This document shows, one piece after another, positions 23,561 through 39,849 of a DNA stretch of 64,000 nucleotides. Every line of letters starts with the position of its first letter. Within the stretch, counting starts at the first letter, position 1. Source of the DNA: Vicugna vicugna. Taxonomy: Eukaryota. A program made the position numbers and the translations under genes. The notes beneath the pieces are model-generated. The model was not told the origin of the DNA. It made no database searches and worked only from the letters and a program-made list of their open reading frames with translations. The stretch is taken from contig MU063499.1 in the NCBI GenBank assembly GCA_013265495.1, positions 1,116,001-1,180,000 on the forward strand. The letters are read 5' to 3'.

Positions 23561-24923
23561 CCCGCGGCCCGTGGAGAATCCTGGGGCGGAGCGCAGGCCC
23601 GAAACTGTCAGCGATATCTCTCCCGAGGCTCTCGGAAACACGGCCAGTACCGCAAGAGTGCAGCGTTGGCGGAGCACCGGGAGTAGCTACTCCGCCGGCC
23701 AGGCCCCTTTCTGGGGTAAGACGGGGCGTTATGGTCCCGAGTCAGAGCTGGTGCGCGGCATACTAGGCACCGGCTCTTCAGCCCTGTTCTCTCAGTGCCG
23801 CCTTCTATGCACTTCGGGAGAGTCGAGAAGACTGGGACCGTAAGGGAATGGGACGATGTTCCCGATGGAGAGTGAGTCCCCTGGGCTTTGGGCAGTGTTC
23901 GACCATATGGTGGAAGTCCATAGCTTCCAGGCCAAAAGAATGCTCCACCCTCTCAGACCTCGGCTCTAAGTGGTCCTAGAATGATGGACACAGGTTCTAA
24001 TCCTCAGGACACCCCAATCTCACCCTGGCGCTGTACAAGCAAGGCTTTATGATCCCTAAGTTTGAGGTGGCAGGGTAAGTATCCTGACTTTAGCTTCTAG
24101 CTCTCAGGAAGAACAGTTTTGCCTCAGGACTGCAGTAGGGTTGGAATTTTGGAGGCCCAGATGCTTCACAGACAAGTGACTAACAAACCTTTTTTATTCC
24201 CACATCAGAGATGTTACCTTTGTGGGGGTCTTCTCTGACAAAGAGCAGCATCCCTGGAGAGTTCACCTGGGCTGATCAGGGCTGGAATAAGCCTTCCTAG
24301 GAGTTTTCGTGCTTAACTAATTTTAACAGTGTTACTCCCCTCTCCTCAGAAGAAACATTAGGTAAAGCCCCATAATATAAGGCTGATCTATTGCACCTGA
24401 AGTAGACCCAGCATGAAGTCCTTGGGGCCTATGCAGAAAGCAAAGGTTTTGTTCATAGAAAGGAGGAATCAACACAAAGGGCAGAATAGAATCTTTGTGT
24501 GATGCCCATCCTGCACCCACTCGGCAATCCAGGGAAGCCCACTTTGGCCACGGGCAACGTTTCTCCCTATGGCCCTTGGTGGGTTCTAGGTCTATGCCTA
24601 AGTCAAGACAAGGGCTCCTTGTTCAATAGGACTTGTCGGAACAGCAGCCCAGAGGTTATTCCTTGGCGTAAGCCCAGCACAGGACCCACCACCCACATGG
24701 ATTTCTAGAGTCCAGAGGATCACCCCTCCACCATCAAGGAATATACTGTGGTGAGGATGATCTGTTCTCTCAGCCCAAGCAGTCCACATGGCATTGAGCA
24801 CAGACCACTACCTGTGGACCTACTCCTGGCTTCTCCCCTCCCCACTGCCTTCCAGGGGCCCTTCCCCAGTAATATATAGGAAGCAAAGGCAAGAGGGTGG
24901 CCAGAGGCTTTGGCAGAGTGACA

Positions 24924-24929
24924 TTTATT
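24924..24929 (-). terminator. CAMKV polyadenylation signal
   Basis: AATAAA on the minus strand about 1.3 kb after the CAMKV stop. A second AATAAA lies at 24193-24198. Confidence 0.65.
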
Positions 24930-26251
24930 TGCCAGGTTCAGCAGGCACACAGCCCACCAACCTTCATACACCAGAGCAGACCCACAGGCATGCAGGGAGA
25001 AGGGCAGGACTACCCCCGAGTGCCAAGCAAGGGCTGGGACCAGTATGGCTGCCCGTCCAGGCTGTAGTGGGGTCTGACAAAGGGCACCTGCCAGGAACCT
25101 CCATCATGAAACTGGGGAGCTTTATTCTACTCCCTCATCCCAGCAAAAGCAACTCAGCATGGTTCAGAGGCACCTGGGCCTCTCTCCAAGCCTTGATAGA
25201 AGGGGAAGTGGGTCATAGACATAGAGTGTTCCTCTCTATTTTGTTGTTGAATTGGGAGAGCAGAAAATCTGCCCCTGTGAAGGGCAGACCCCTAAATAAG
25301 ACTGCAGGACACTGCCATGCAGCAGGCCCCCCAGGATGGAGAGAATGGTGGACTGAGCCTGAGGGGGGCCATCTGGGAAGAGCCAGGAGATGTTAACTTT
25401 CCTTCTTTGGCCCATGGTAAGGACCCAGCTAGACTGGTATACTAGGTGCTGGGCCTACACTCTGCCCTCCCAGGTCTCACTGCCACATCCTAATTGCTCC
25501 TCCTCCCTCTTACAGGCTCATGAAGCTCAGGGCACAGGGCAACCCACTACAGGACCCAGGAGGGCAGGAAATAGCACTAGGGTCTTGGGAGAGACTTCCC
25601 AGAGACAAAAATGGAAGCTTCTACCCTCTAACTCTCTTTCATTTCTGAAGACCCCCACGGCTACCAAGCAGTGCCCCCAGTCATGCGACTAGTCTTGTCT
25701 AAAAGCCTACTGCCCTAGATGATTGCATTCTCTGTACCAGCCTGTTTCCACTCCTAGAGCAGCACACATACCACAGGCACATACCTTCATGTGCAAGAGC
25801 CTAAGACCGCTGACAGGGCCTCGCTGGAGGACCAGCTCTCAGGGCAAGGCCACCCAAGTTTAGGGCCTGGGAGAGGATGAGACCTGCAGGGCCGGCCTGG
25901 GGGAATTGTGAGGCAAAAAGGGAAGAGGGAGGGGAGCAGGGACCTCCTGAGTATCCCTAGAGCAGCATCCCACAAGGAACAGAAACTGATAAAGCTAGCA
26001 AAAGACAGAAAAGCCACAAGGAATCCATGCAGGGGCTGGGGCTGGTCCTGCTTCTGGCCTGCCCACCACTCAATGCGCATACCCACAGGAGATGAGACTG
26101 CTCTCCTGTGGCCCCCAGACATGCCCCATGCTAGGAGGCAGGGGCGGGGGGAGTGAGGGCATCATGCCAGTGACTCTATGTACAGTGAGAAGCCCCTCAT
26201 CCACTCTCCCACCCTCTTCCCCATCCCCCGCCCCCCCACCAGCCTGCCCAC

Positions 26252-29302
<3,051 letters not shown>

Positions 29303-29679
29303 TGCCAGGCTCTGAGCTGGGGGCAGGTTGGGGTCTGGCTCAGCTGTACTACTCCCCACTTCTCTTCGCACACAGAGGTTGCCTTTGGGAGACCCCAACC
29401 TGATTCAGACCAGGCCAGGGGCAGAGTCTACACCAGGAAGGGCTGGAGGGTGGTCAGGCTCGGATCCTAGCCCTGCTTTTCTGGCCACACCTCCAGACAC
29501 TCAGTTTGGCTGCTCAACTGTGACAGCCCCCGCTTATGAAAAATGTATTAAACTGACATATCAGGGAATCATTTTGCATTATATGTAATCAAAAGAAGAT
29601 TTATCAAATGATCTGTTTAAATTTCAGTTGTTTCCCAGATGAAAGGGACTCTAACTACTGACCCATCAGAGAGTCATCT

Positions 29680-30680
29680 CTGAAAGTCTGATGATGCCAA
29701 ATGTTGGCAAAGATGTGGAGAACATGAGCACTGCTGGTGGAGGACAAGTCTCCCCTCTGCAAAACAATTTGGTAAAACTACTGAAGTCTGAAGTCAAACA
29801 TACCCTATGAACCAGCAATCACACTGCTATATAGATGCCCTACAGAAACATGTCCATTTGTGCAGCAGGGCATTTCATACAAGGATGTTCATGGCAGCAA
29901 TTACCCCAAACTGGAAACAGCCCAAATATCTATCAACAGCAGGATGTACTGTGGTAGAGTCACACAATGAAATATTATACAACAATGGAAATGAGGAGCT
30001 ATAGCTGTAGCCAACCACATGGTCAATCTCAACAACGCTGTGGAGTGAAAAAAAAATACAAAGAGCGTGACTCTACAGATACAGAGTTCAAAACAGGCAC
30101 AACTAACCTATACTGTCTAATGTTGCAGACATACTGGTAAAACTATATATAAAGAAACACTAGGAAATAAATACCATGAGTCCAAGAGCAAGAGAGAGGT
30201 TGTGATTGAGTCAGGTCACATGTGGGAATTCTGCAGGACCTGTTTCTGAACTTGAGTGGTGGGTTCACAGGGGTTCCCTTTACAATTTGTTAAAACCTGC
30301 TTACAAGTTTTAGGCACATTCCTAGATTTTGGTCATATTTCATAATTTAAAAATATTTGTAAAATTATGGCCATCCATACTGAAGAATACTTGGTAGCTA
30401 CTAAAAAGAATTAAATAGATCTAAATGTGCTTCTGTAGGACAGTCTCTGTGATATGTAATAAATGAAAAACCAGGGAACAGAATGGTGGGTAAAGGGTGC
30501 TGCATTTGGGTAAATTTTTTTTAATTTATATACTGGTGTTTACTCACCAACTCTTTTCTGGAAAGACACCTAAGAAAATAAGAGTTCTCTTTGGGGTGAA
30601 GAATTGGATGTCAGAGAAGCAGGTTTATATCTATCACTTTTTAATTTTGTTGGATTTTCACTGTGATTACTTTGATCTGA
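29680..30680 (+). mobile_element. L1ME-like fragments in CAMKV intron 1
   Basis: CCAAATGTTGGCAAAGATGTGGAGAA...CCCAAACTGGAAACAGCCCAAATATCTATCAACAG motifs; AT-rich island in a GC-rich locus. Confidence 0.75.
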
Positions 30681-30699
30681 TAAATATCACATTCAGGCA

Positions 30700-30930
30700 C
30701 AGTGCTTGGGGGATCTCTCAGAGGGAGAACCCCTATCTGGGGAGAGAAGTGAGGAAAGGCTTTAGGGAAGAAGCAGCATTAGGGCTGGGCCTTAGAGGGA
30801 AAGGATTTGCCAGCAGGTGTGCAGGGGTAATGGTCCGGAAAAGCAAGACAAGCCTGCCTAGTGCCTGACTGCGAGGGTCCATAGGAAACCTGAGCAGTGA
30901 GGTCCAGGGGAAAGGCCCAGGCCAGGGGTG
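30700..30930 (-). mobile_element. L2 fragment
   Basis: GAGGAAAGGCTTTAGGGAAGAAGCAGCATTAGGGCTGGGCCTTAGAGG resembles the antisense L2 motif. Confidence 0.5.
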
Positions 30931-33900
30931 GGTGTCCCAGGTAGAAAAGTGATCACACACAGCTGACTGCAGTAGGTTCCGGGCACTCTGGCACCCGGAG
31001 CATGGCGCCCCACGGGTCTACAACCCTGCCAGCCCAATCCTCACCTGCGGTGCTGAATGGACTGGCTCCAGCACCCAAAGGAAAAGGCACTCACAGCCCT
31101 TGCTCAGAAGTAAACTTCATAAGGGGAGTTGGTGACAGTGTCTGGACCTTTGCAGACCTGACCTAGAGTCTGCCTCCATAATAGCTGGTCAGTGTGACAG
31201 TGGGGTGGCAACAAGCTTCACACTGAGGCTGCATTCAAACTGCTCTGCCTCTGCTGACTGTGCAGGCTCCATCCATCCTGATTAGCACCTGCTGTGCAAA
31301 GGGCTTGGGCTAGGGCTTTGGCTACCTAGATGTCCCCCTACCTGAGTGACTCTGGAGTGACTCACAGCCACAAGGTAGTTGGGGAGAGAGGAAGCCACCA
31401 CCAGAGGAAGCAGCTTGCTCAGAGGGTCTCTGCCAGCCATGATCAAAGGCCAGGACCCACACAACCCCCTGGCCAGCCCTGGCTGCTGCTTGCTTCCTCC
31501 CAGTGGGAAGTGACCACTTCCCAGGGGTCACAGTCCTGAAAGTTCTCCCTCAAATTTGCCCTCCGCATTAGGGAATAAATTCCATCATTCCCTGATCCAG
31601 GTTCTTTGGGCTCAGGGAACACAAATGCATTTCATCAGCGTGATTCAAGCCAGGGCTTAAGCCATCTTGTGAGGCACTGCGGAGGCAAACAAGAGAAGCT
31701 TTGAAGATCATCCCCGGCTGCGTATCTTTGCCGCCATGGTCACAGCCCTGCTCCTGCATCTGCCAGGGAGTAGCATGTGGTTAGAATCCCACTCTCACAG
31801 CTGAGAACAGAGGCACGGCCACCCACCACTGCCGGCCACCCATCTCTATGGCCCTAACAATCCAGGGGAGGGGGCTGGCATCAGTCTCCTCAATGGCTCT
31901 TATGTGCAGCGTTTCTCTTCCCAGGCTGCGATCCAAGGGCCGTATACTGGGCAAGAGAGTGGTACCTTAGCCCACAGATCCTCCAGGAGGACCGGGAGGG
32001 GCCTGTGTCCCAGCTCTGTTACTCTGATTACACCACTGCCTCTGGCAGGAATGCCCTTCCCCCAAAGCCTCCCATCAGTATCCTATTTGTCATGGTACAG
32101 TTATTTATAACATAAAAAAATCAGCAACTACCTAAACAATCAACAACAGGTAACTCGCCAGCTCAACTGTGTCCACTCAACGGCAGGAAGTATGGGCACT
32201 GGCAAGGCACTGCCCACTTGGGCCTCCCTGTGAAGCAACCTCCACACAGGCTAGGTGCTGAGACCAGGGCTAAATCTCTTCTTTCGTTGTGCTATCTGAC
32301 ATAATAAGGTTGTTTGTGCCACAGATTGTCTACAACAATCCTGAAGCTCTTGAATCAAAATGGCCCTTCCCTGAGATAACTTCCACAACCTCCACCTCCC
32401 CCTACCCCACGCCAACAGCTCCCTGCTCAGCCGCGTGGCGTGGGAGGTTTTGTATATGCCTGTCCCTGATCCTGGCCCAGCTTTCGGCCGTGCATATGCA
32501 CTCATGCCCACAGGGACCCAGGGCTGGTCTTGGGGGTTTGTCTCCCCGACAGAAATCTGGGCCTCTGCTCATTCACATCAGTCTGGAGCTAGACCCTAAA
32601 ACCTTATGGCAGGGGGTGGGGTGGATCTGCCTTCCCCCTACCACGGTTGCACTGATCTCAGCCAGTGACTGCTTCTCCTCACCAGCATCACTGCACTCAC
32701 TTTTGCCTCCACCTCCAACCTGGCCCCAGGGCAAAGAGAGGAGAAAGGAGGGCTGCTTCCAATTAGCATCTTGGTCTCCTCCACCCCCACCCACTTTACC
32801 ATCTGCTACCCACCGCTGCTGCCTGGGAGGCTTCCAGTGTGGTGTACGTACCAAGCCCCTGACACCTGCTTGCAACAAGGGGGTCCCTGGCCCCAAAGTT
32901 GGGAGTAACAGCTGAGGGACAGCTTTAAGAACAGTAGAAGGCCAGACAGAAAGGGGGTTTGCATTTCTCACCCCCATGGCCTGAACAGCACAGATTCCAC
33001 ATCCAACAGTAGAGTGCTCTCCTCCCATGACACAGGACCTGGGCTAGGCCTCAGTCCCACAATGGGACATGGGAGGGCACAGAAGCCCCATAGCACTGTT
33101 TCCCTAGAAACATGGTTCCTTCCATCCTCTGCAGAGAAACTGAGAAATTGAATGTTGTGCACAGGGGGCTGTCCAAAGGGAGCTTGGGGGAAGTGCAGGG
33201 CCTGGGGGAGCCTCTAAGGGAGTCTGAGGGCCAAGCATTCCCTAGCCACTGCCTGATTCTCAGGTCTGACCCCTCAGACAATGCTGAGGGAGTCTCTGCC
33301 TGCTGGTGCCTTGGTAATAAATTGTCCCCTAGGGGCCCTACTGCAGCCTAAGGCAAGCAGGGCCCAGGGGGAGCTGGAATGGGACAGAGGCCAGCTCCAG
33401 AGGCCAAAGGGTCCCACATTAGAGTCCTAGCCCCTCCTGCACTGGGTTCAGCCTGGTTCAGGCTGTAGCTTTCGTAGCCATAATCAGGAGTTTCCTGCCA
33501 CCCTGGTCCTCTCCATGTGGGGCTCCAGGCCTTGCAGCAAATCTAGAGAGGCCTGGAGGGGCCCAGGAGGCCTCCGGTTGCCTCCCAACAACTAACTGTG
33601 GGCAACACCTCCTGATTTAGTGGTAGCTGTGAACACCAGTCTGCAAGCACCCGCTCCCCTTCCCTGCTCTCCTCTCAGGGACCGGGCCTCGGCTTCCTGC
33701 TGTAATAGACATGCCTAGGCCCAAGCCCTGCGCAGGCGACAGCCAAGTCTTCAGCAAGAAGACAGGCAGAATCAGAGACTTCACTCTTAGTGTTTAGTGT
33801 CACGAGACAGAGTCCAGCTTCCTGCCCACTATCCAATTGCTTTGGGTAACTGGGCAGGGTGTTGCCCTGGCTGGGCCTCAGGCTCTAGCTAAACCATGGT

Positions 33901-36358
33901 CCATAGTTCCTACTGACTCTCTCCTGTCTAATGAGGGAGGATGTGGGGGTTGGGTGCTCTCTAGTCTCAGGGGTGGCACACAATCCAGTGCTGCCTCCAG
34001 AAAGTTCAGCCTTCAATACGCAGGCAGAGCCAAGAGCCAACTGGCCCCTTCCAGGCACCTGGAGTTCCAATCTTTGAGCCCCTGAAGGAAAATCCACTAG
34101 GGGCCCTGCTTCCCTGTGGGTGGAGGAGGGGAAATGCAGGGAAGGCCCCAGAGTAAAGGGTTGCTATGGTGATGGAAGTTTTTAAAAAGGGGAGGGGAGG
34201 GGAGAGACGTTGTTTAAACCCTTTCTCCAAGAATTCCCTGAGACTTTGGCCTGATTCCTTCCCCATGGGTTCTGTGACCCTGGTCCCTATGAAGAAAGGG
34301 GCAGTGGGGAGCTGCGAGACTTTAGAAAAGAGAGAGGGGGCAGGGACACAGAGAGACAAAGGCAGAACCTGCAATGGAAGGGGAGCAAAGAGGCGACAGA
34401 GTAAAAAGGACACAGGCACAAGGACACAGGAGGGAAGGGGGGCAGGGGGGTTGAAGGGGCCCATGGGTGCCCAGCAGGGCCCTAAGGCCTCCATGACCAT
34501 GTGCTCTGAACACCTGGGCCAGGAGCTGCCCCTGGTGCCTGGACCTTTGAGAAGGAACCCTCCTGTATCCCCCTAGACATGCACTGAACGTGGTGTGGGA
34601 CAGCAGTAGCCCTGGGGAAGAGGCCAGCTGTTGCAGTCCCCTCAGTTGGAACAGTTCCTCAGCCCCTCTCCCTGTCATCACGGCAGCTTAAGTAAGGCAG
34701 GTCCACCATGTCGAAGGCACAGGCATGGGGGATGGAAATGAAGCTTGGAGACCTAGCTGTTTCACTTTACAGCCCCTCCTCTCAGCTGACCCAGCTATGC
34801 CTAGACTCCCTAGCCACCCCCAACCCGATCCCGCTGTCCTCTAGAGGCCTTGGGTCCCCAGGGCCTCTCTTGCAGCTCAGCCTAATTCCCTGTCACTGCC
34901 ATCCCCCTCCCCGACAATGGATTCTGTCTGAGGGCCAGAAACAGCACCCTGAGCAACCTAGAAATAGGATAACAACTACACAGCATTCCCCCTCCCACTC
35001 GGCCTCAGTTTCCCTGGATGGAGATCACTGACTCTGTGGCCTTCTCCCAGGGCAAGGACTGCCCACCTGCTAGTGAGTGGTGGCCAGCACAAGGGCTGCC
35101 GAGAAGGGCCAGTAGCTGATACAGGAAAGGCAGCCTATGGCACCTGAGGGCCCACACCAAATGCTGTAAAAGGGAAAGGAGCCTCTACTCCACCCCAGGG
35201 CCAGCCTGACACTGAGGGGAGTGGAGACATCAATTCCCCACTTGAGGAAACTGGGGCCCAGCAGGTGCCCAAAGCTGATAGGACTCAGTTGTGGGTGAGG
35301 GCACCAGGTCACCACAGGCGGTCCTTTGGGGGCTCAAAGCCTGGGCCTTGGAGGAGGGTCAGAACAGGGGCTGGACTGCTGCAGACTGAGGTTTTGGTGA
35401 GGGACAGAGAGCCCAGCTCCCTACGAGGGAACCTGGTGGAGCAAGCTCTGCCTAGGGGGTGCGGACAAAAGCAGTTTGGTAGAGCTATGGGGGACTGGGA
35501 GAGCCTAGGGTCTCTGCCAGACACCACAGGCTGGGGAAGGCAGAAACTCAGTGGCTCATTGTTCACCCAGCCAGCCAGGGGCCCTGCTCCCCATCGTGCT
35601 GCCACCCTGACCCCCTTCCCCAGTGCTGCTGACTCGCCCCCGCTGGCACAGCAACACACATGCGGAAGGCACACGTGTGAGCACCAAGCCCGCACCTCCC
35701 AGCAGAAACATGTGCGCCCCCCACCCCCACTGCGCAGCTCTGGGTGGGTGCCCTGGACACCCGGCGGGCCCCCGTGTTAAGGCTCGGAAGCTGGATCTTG
35801 GCTTGGGGGCTGCTGGTCCTCAGGGGCTTGAGCCTGCTCCCCCACCCCGCAGCAGCCCCGCCCAGCCCCCTTCAGGTTGTCGCCCATAAAGAACTCTCCG
35901 TTGTCATGGAAATTAGTGACTGCTTCGCGGGAGGGAGGGGGCAGGGGGCAGTTGGGAGGGGCAGGAGGCGGCTCTGGGAGTCAGGAGGGGCAGCTGAGCC
36001 CTCGGCCCCTACCGCCAAGGGGCACCACGAATGTTGGAGGGTTAATGTTTTCACAATTAGGAGCCCAGCGAGACGGGGGGTAGGATGGGGAACAAGCAGG
36101 GGAGACTGGCCTAGACTTGAGTCTTAGAGGTTTCCCCTGGGACCCCTGAGCCGTCCGAGGTGACGGGGAACTTTAGCCCAACCCCGCAAGCCGAACCCCG
36201 GATCTGCAGAGCCCGCGTGCTCTGCCCCCGCCGGGACCCCAAGCCCTCGCAGCACCCCCGCGCACTTGGCTACCCGAACCTCGAGCCAAAGACCCAATCC
36301 CCTAAGACCCCACAATATGCGTTCGGGGGGCGCCCCCTCTTCCTGGCTCACCCCTCAC

Positions 36359-36540
36359 CTGCAGCGCTGGTCTGTCACAGAGAGGAAGCGATCGCGGGTT
36401 CAGAGGGGCTCCGAGGGCTCCGGGGGCGGCGGGCAGAATCCGCTCCGGGCACGCGGGGCAGACGCGGCGCCAGCTGCAGCCACTTCGGCTTGCGAACCTC
36501 CAGCATCTCCCGCCGCTCGCCTGCATCGGATTCGCACCCC
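36359..36540 (-). other. CAMKV: CAMKV non-coding first exon (5' boundary approximate)
   Basis: Strong donor CAG|GTGAGG at 36359/36358 inside a CpG island (about 35900-36750), with GC boxes immediately upstream. The first coding exon has an acceptor at 29316/29317, only 14 nt before the ATG, so an upstream UTR exon is required. Confidence 0.75.
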
Positions 36541-36570
36541 GGGCCGGGGGCGGGCTGGGGGCGGGGCCTC
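36541..36570 (-). promoter_or_regulatory. CAMKV GC-box promoter / G-quadruplex-competent tract
   Basis: GGGCCGGGGGCGGGCTGGGGGCGGGG: five G-runs of at least 3 G and two Sp/KLF GC boxes, directly upstream of exon 1. Confidence 0.55.
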
Positions 36571-38124
36571 CCTCAGCATGCTCCGCCCCGACCCTGGAGG
36601 AGCTTGAGGCTGGAATCCCACTCGAAAGCCAGCTGATGAGGGGTAGCAGAAGTCGGTGAATACTAGCCTGCCGGACCGGGGCTAGGCTCTCAAAGGCTCT
36701 CCTAGGCCCTCGGACTGACGGGGAAACGGGGACCTGAGGGGCCTTCATATGCCCATTGTAGAAGGTGTGGGGAAAGCCTGAGTCCTGGAGCTGCATAGGA
36801 GTGTCTTGGCAGGTAGCAGTCCCTAAGCAAGCGGAGCTCACAGCTCCCAAAACCTGACTCAAAGAGCAGAACCCACTTAGAAGAACCAAGTGGGCAGTCG
36901 CTAGGGCAAGCTGCACTGCAGACTGCCCCCGCCCAGCTAATAAACACACGGGGAGGGGAGTACAAGTGAGGGCTCCACACCTTGGTTGGCAGTGTCCTTC
37001 CCTACACTACCCTCCACTCCTGAAAGGTCAAAGCCTTTCCCTTCCCCATGTCCCAGCCAGGGTGGCTGACTGAGTCTGCCCCCTCCTGTGTGGCACTGAA
37101 TTTCCCAAGCTATAAATGTTACCTATGACATGGTGTAGACTCTGCTTTCTTTCCGGTTTAATCCCCCTTGAACGTTGCATTAGTGGCATCCCTATTGGTG
37201 GTCTGGGCTGGCATATGGGGATACAGGAAAACAATAGCACCAAGGAGCCCCACCAACCTGGCCCCTGATGGGAGGAGGCTGAGAATTGCCAGGAAGTCCT
37301 AGGCCATTTTTCTGTCCCTTGTCAGGGAGGCATAGGGATCTAATGCTTGCCCTGCCACCTTCACAAACCTTGAGGCCACTTTTTGAAGGTCAGACTTAGG
37401 CTTCTCTATGCCTGGAGTCGGGTGCCAGCCGGCACGAACCCGCTCAGTGAGCCTCCTGACCTCATCCTGGGTGGGATCGTCTCCAAGCCCTTGGCCATGT
37501 TGAATAAGTCTCCCCTGCATAGTTCCCCATAGCTGCTGATAGGAGCAACTACCCAAGTGAGGAAGTTAGGGCTGGGGCTGTGGCTAGAAGTCTAGTCTGG
37601 GAGATGACTGCCCAAACAGGATCCCTTCAATATCTATCTACAAAGTGGGTGTTGAGGAGGAGTCCTTCACATCCTTCCCTGGCTTTGGGTCACCTCTTCC
37701 AGGCCAGGCTCCCTGGGCTCTGGGTGGTCTGAATCATGGCACCAACTCCACCCGTGGGTAGGAATCTCCTGGCAAGCTGGACACCTTGTGCCCAGAGCTA
37801 AAGGCACAAGAGCCTGTGTGGCATCTCAGTATGCTCAGTTCGTGTCTGCAGAATGAATAAATGGCCTGGCTCTCAGTCCTACCTGCTGTCTGCCCACTGT
37901 CATTGAAACAGTGATTCTCTGAGTTCTCTGGTACAGCTGAACCATGGCTTGCTGACCCCACACACGTCACACACATTTTCTGCTTTTCCTGAAGGTCACG
38001 ACCATCCAGGCACAGAGAAGCTGGGCCAAAGAGAAGCTAAAATGTGGGGGATTTAGAGGCAAGGAAGAGGTAGCTTGCGAGAGCCCTGCCTACTGCTGGC
38101 AGTGCTCCACCTCTTCTTGGTCCC

Positions 38125-38300
38125 GTGCACACTCCATGTGCCTGTGGGTGAAAGCACGTGGCAGGGTGTATGTGCACACGTGTGAGTACATCTGTGTGTG
38201 TGTGTGTGCTCTTATGCCATGGGAGATGGCAAGAGCACAGTGTGTGTGGTGGTGCCTAGGGGCACGTGTGTTTGCATTCTGTGTGCACCCAGGCATGCCT
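38125..38300. repeat. Degenerate (TG)-rich low-complexity tract
   Basis: Repeated GTGTG/GCAC motifs with a (TG)7-like core near 38194-38208. Confidence 0.6.
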
Positions 38301-39513
38301 GCTCGCGTAGGCACATAGACGCTGTAGCTAGTCCCTAGAGCCATGGGTCCCCTTCCTGCCTGACACAGGCCTCAGGATTGTGGAGGCTGACTCAGGGTGT
38401 GACAGCAGGACATAGGAAGAGGGTGGACCATGCCCAAGGGTGGACAGGCGCTGGGGTGACCCTATATCATTGGCTATTTCTAGGGCAGCCCCTCACTCTC
38501 AGATGTGTGTGGGTGTAGCCGGGTCTTTGCCCTTTGTGGCAAGGGCAACCTAAAAACAAGAACCCAGGGTTGGGACAGGGGTATGGCTTGTCCCTCAGCT
38601 CCCAGCCAGAGGGGCACAGGCCAGGTAGGGTTTCAGTGTTTTGGCTTCAACCTGCAGCTGCCCTCCAGGCAGGAAGTAGCAACACCAGCTGAATGCCTTC
38701 TCTCAGCTCTTCCAGGCCAGGGACTGGGCTGACACAGAGCTTTATTACTCACTGTACTCTTTAGAGCCAGACAAGTTCAGGGGCCATGATTTCTAGCCAC
38801 CTGCATGGCCAGAAGGAGGGCGGGAGGTCCTTCAGCACAGGGTGGAGTTGAGGACAGGAGCAGGGGCAGTTGGCATTGGCACTGGCATTGCCCCATAGTC
38901 TCTATGAGGGTCTCCTGAGGAGGCCTGCACCCCAGCCTCCTTGTGGGCAGGGGCTGCATGGGTTGGGAGGCTGAAGAGGAGAAGGGAGCCCAAAGTGAAC
39001 AGTTCCAGCTCCCAATGGAGCTAGATAGAGACAAGATTAGGTGTGAGCCTCCATACCTAGAGACTACAAAGCAGGCCAGAGCCTCCTCCCCCAGCTCAGG
39101 TTGTACCTCCCACCCAAGTTCCAGGATTTACCTGCACCACTACCTGGATTTCCTGTCCCAGGACACCAGAAGCCAGCACTCCTATACCTTCAAATTCTGA
39201 CTGGCTGCTAGAGCCCCTGCCAACCCAGCATGGAGCTCCAACCAAGCTTCAGAATTTAGGTGGTAACTGCATTACCAGGCCAGCTCCCCAAGAAGTCCAG
39301 ACTCAGACAGGTATCCTCCCTTGGGGGCAACAAATGCTCCCAGCCATCTGTGGAACCCTTTGGCTGTTGTCAAGTTTCCTGGCCTCAGCCCCTTATAGAG
39401 GGCCCAAGGTGGGGGAAGGCAAGCAGTCTTTTCTTCTGGAGCTAGGGGAGGGGGCTGTTCCCCCCACTTCATGACTCACTCCAGGCTGTGTGGGTTATTA
39501 CATTATGTTTGAA

Positions 39514-39527
39514 ATTGCCATGGCAAC
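39514..39527. promoter_or_regulatory. RFX X-box (13/14 palindrome) 3' of ACTL11
   Basis: ATTGCCATGGCAAC; a second site GTCACC-AG-GGCAAC at 39556-39569. Confidence 0.65.
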
Positions 39528-39849
39528 CAGCTGGCAATCAAGGGTAATTGAGCTTGTCACCAGGGCAACAGGGCAAAACCCACAGCAGCCACTCTCTGTA
39601 GTTGCCCTTGGGGTGCAGTAAAGGTCAGGTTAGACCAGGGCCAGTGCCAGGCAAGGGGCTCTGGGGCTCTGGAAGGGATAGGCTTGCCAAGGCCCCTGGA
39701 ATTCCAGTGTGTGGAAGCAGGGGGTGCCTTGAGAGTGCCAAGCCCTCCATCTCTGACCCCATGCCTGGACTCCTGCCCTTCCCTCCACCACCCTCTGCCT
39801 AAAATGTGCCACAGTGGTCAAAGTAAGCAGAACCAGAACTTTTATGTGC

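Noticed and set aside
31040-31060. TTCAGCACC (REST/NRSE left half) in CAMKV intron 1
   Set aside because: The GGACAG right half is missing; a half-site alone is not sufficient support.
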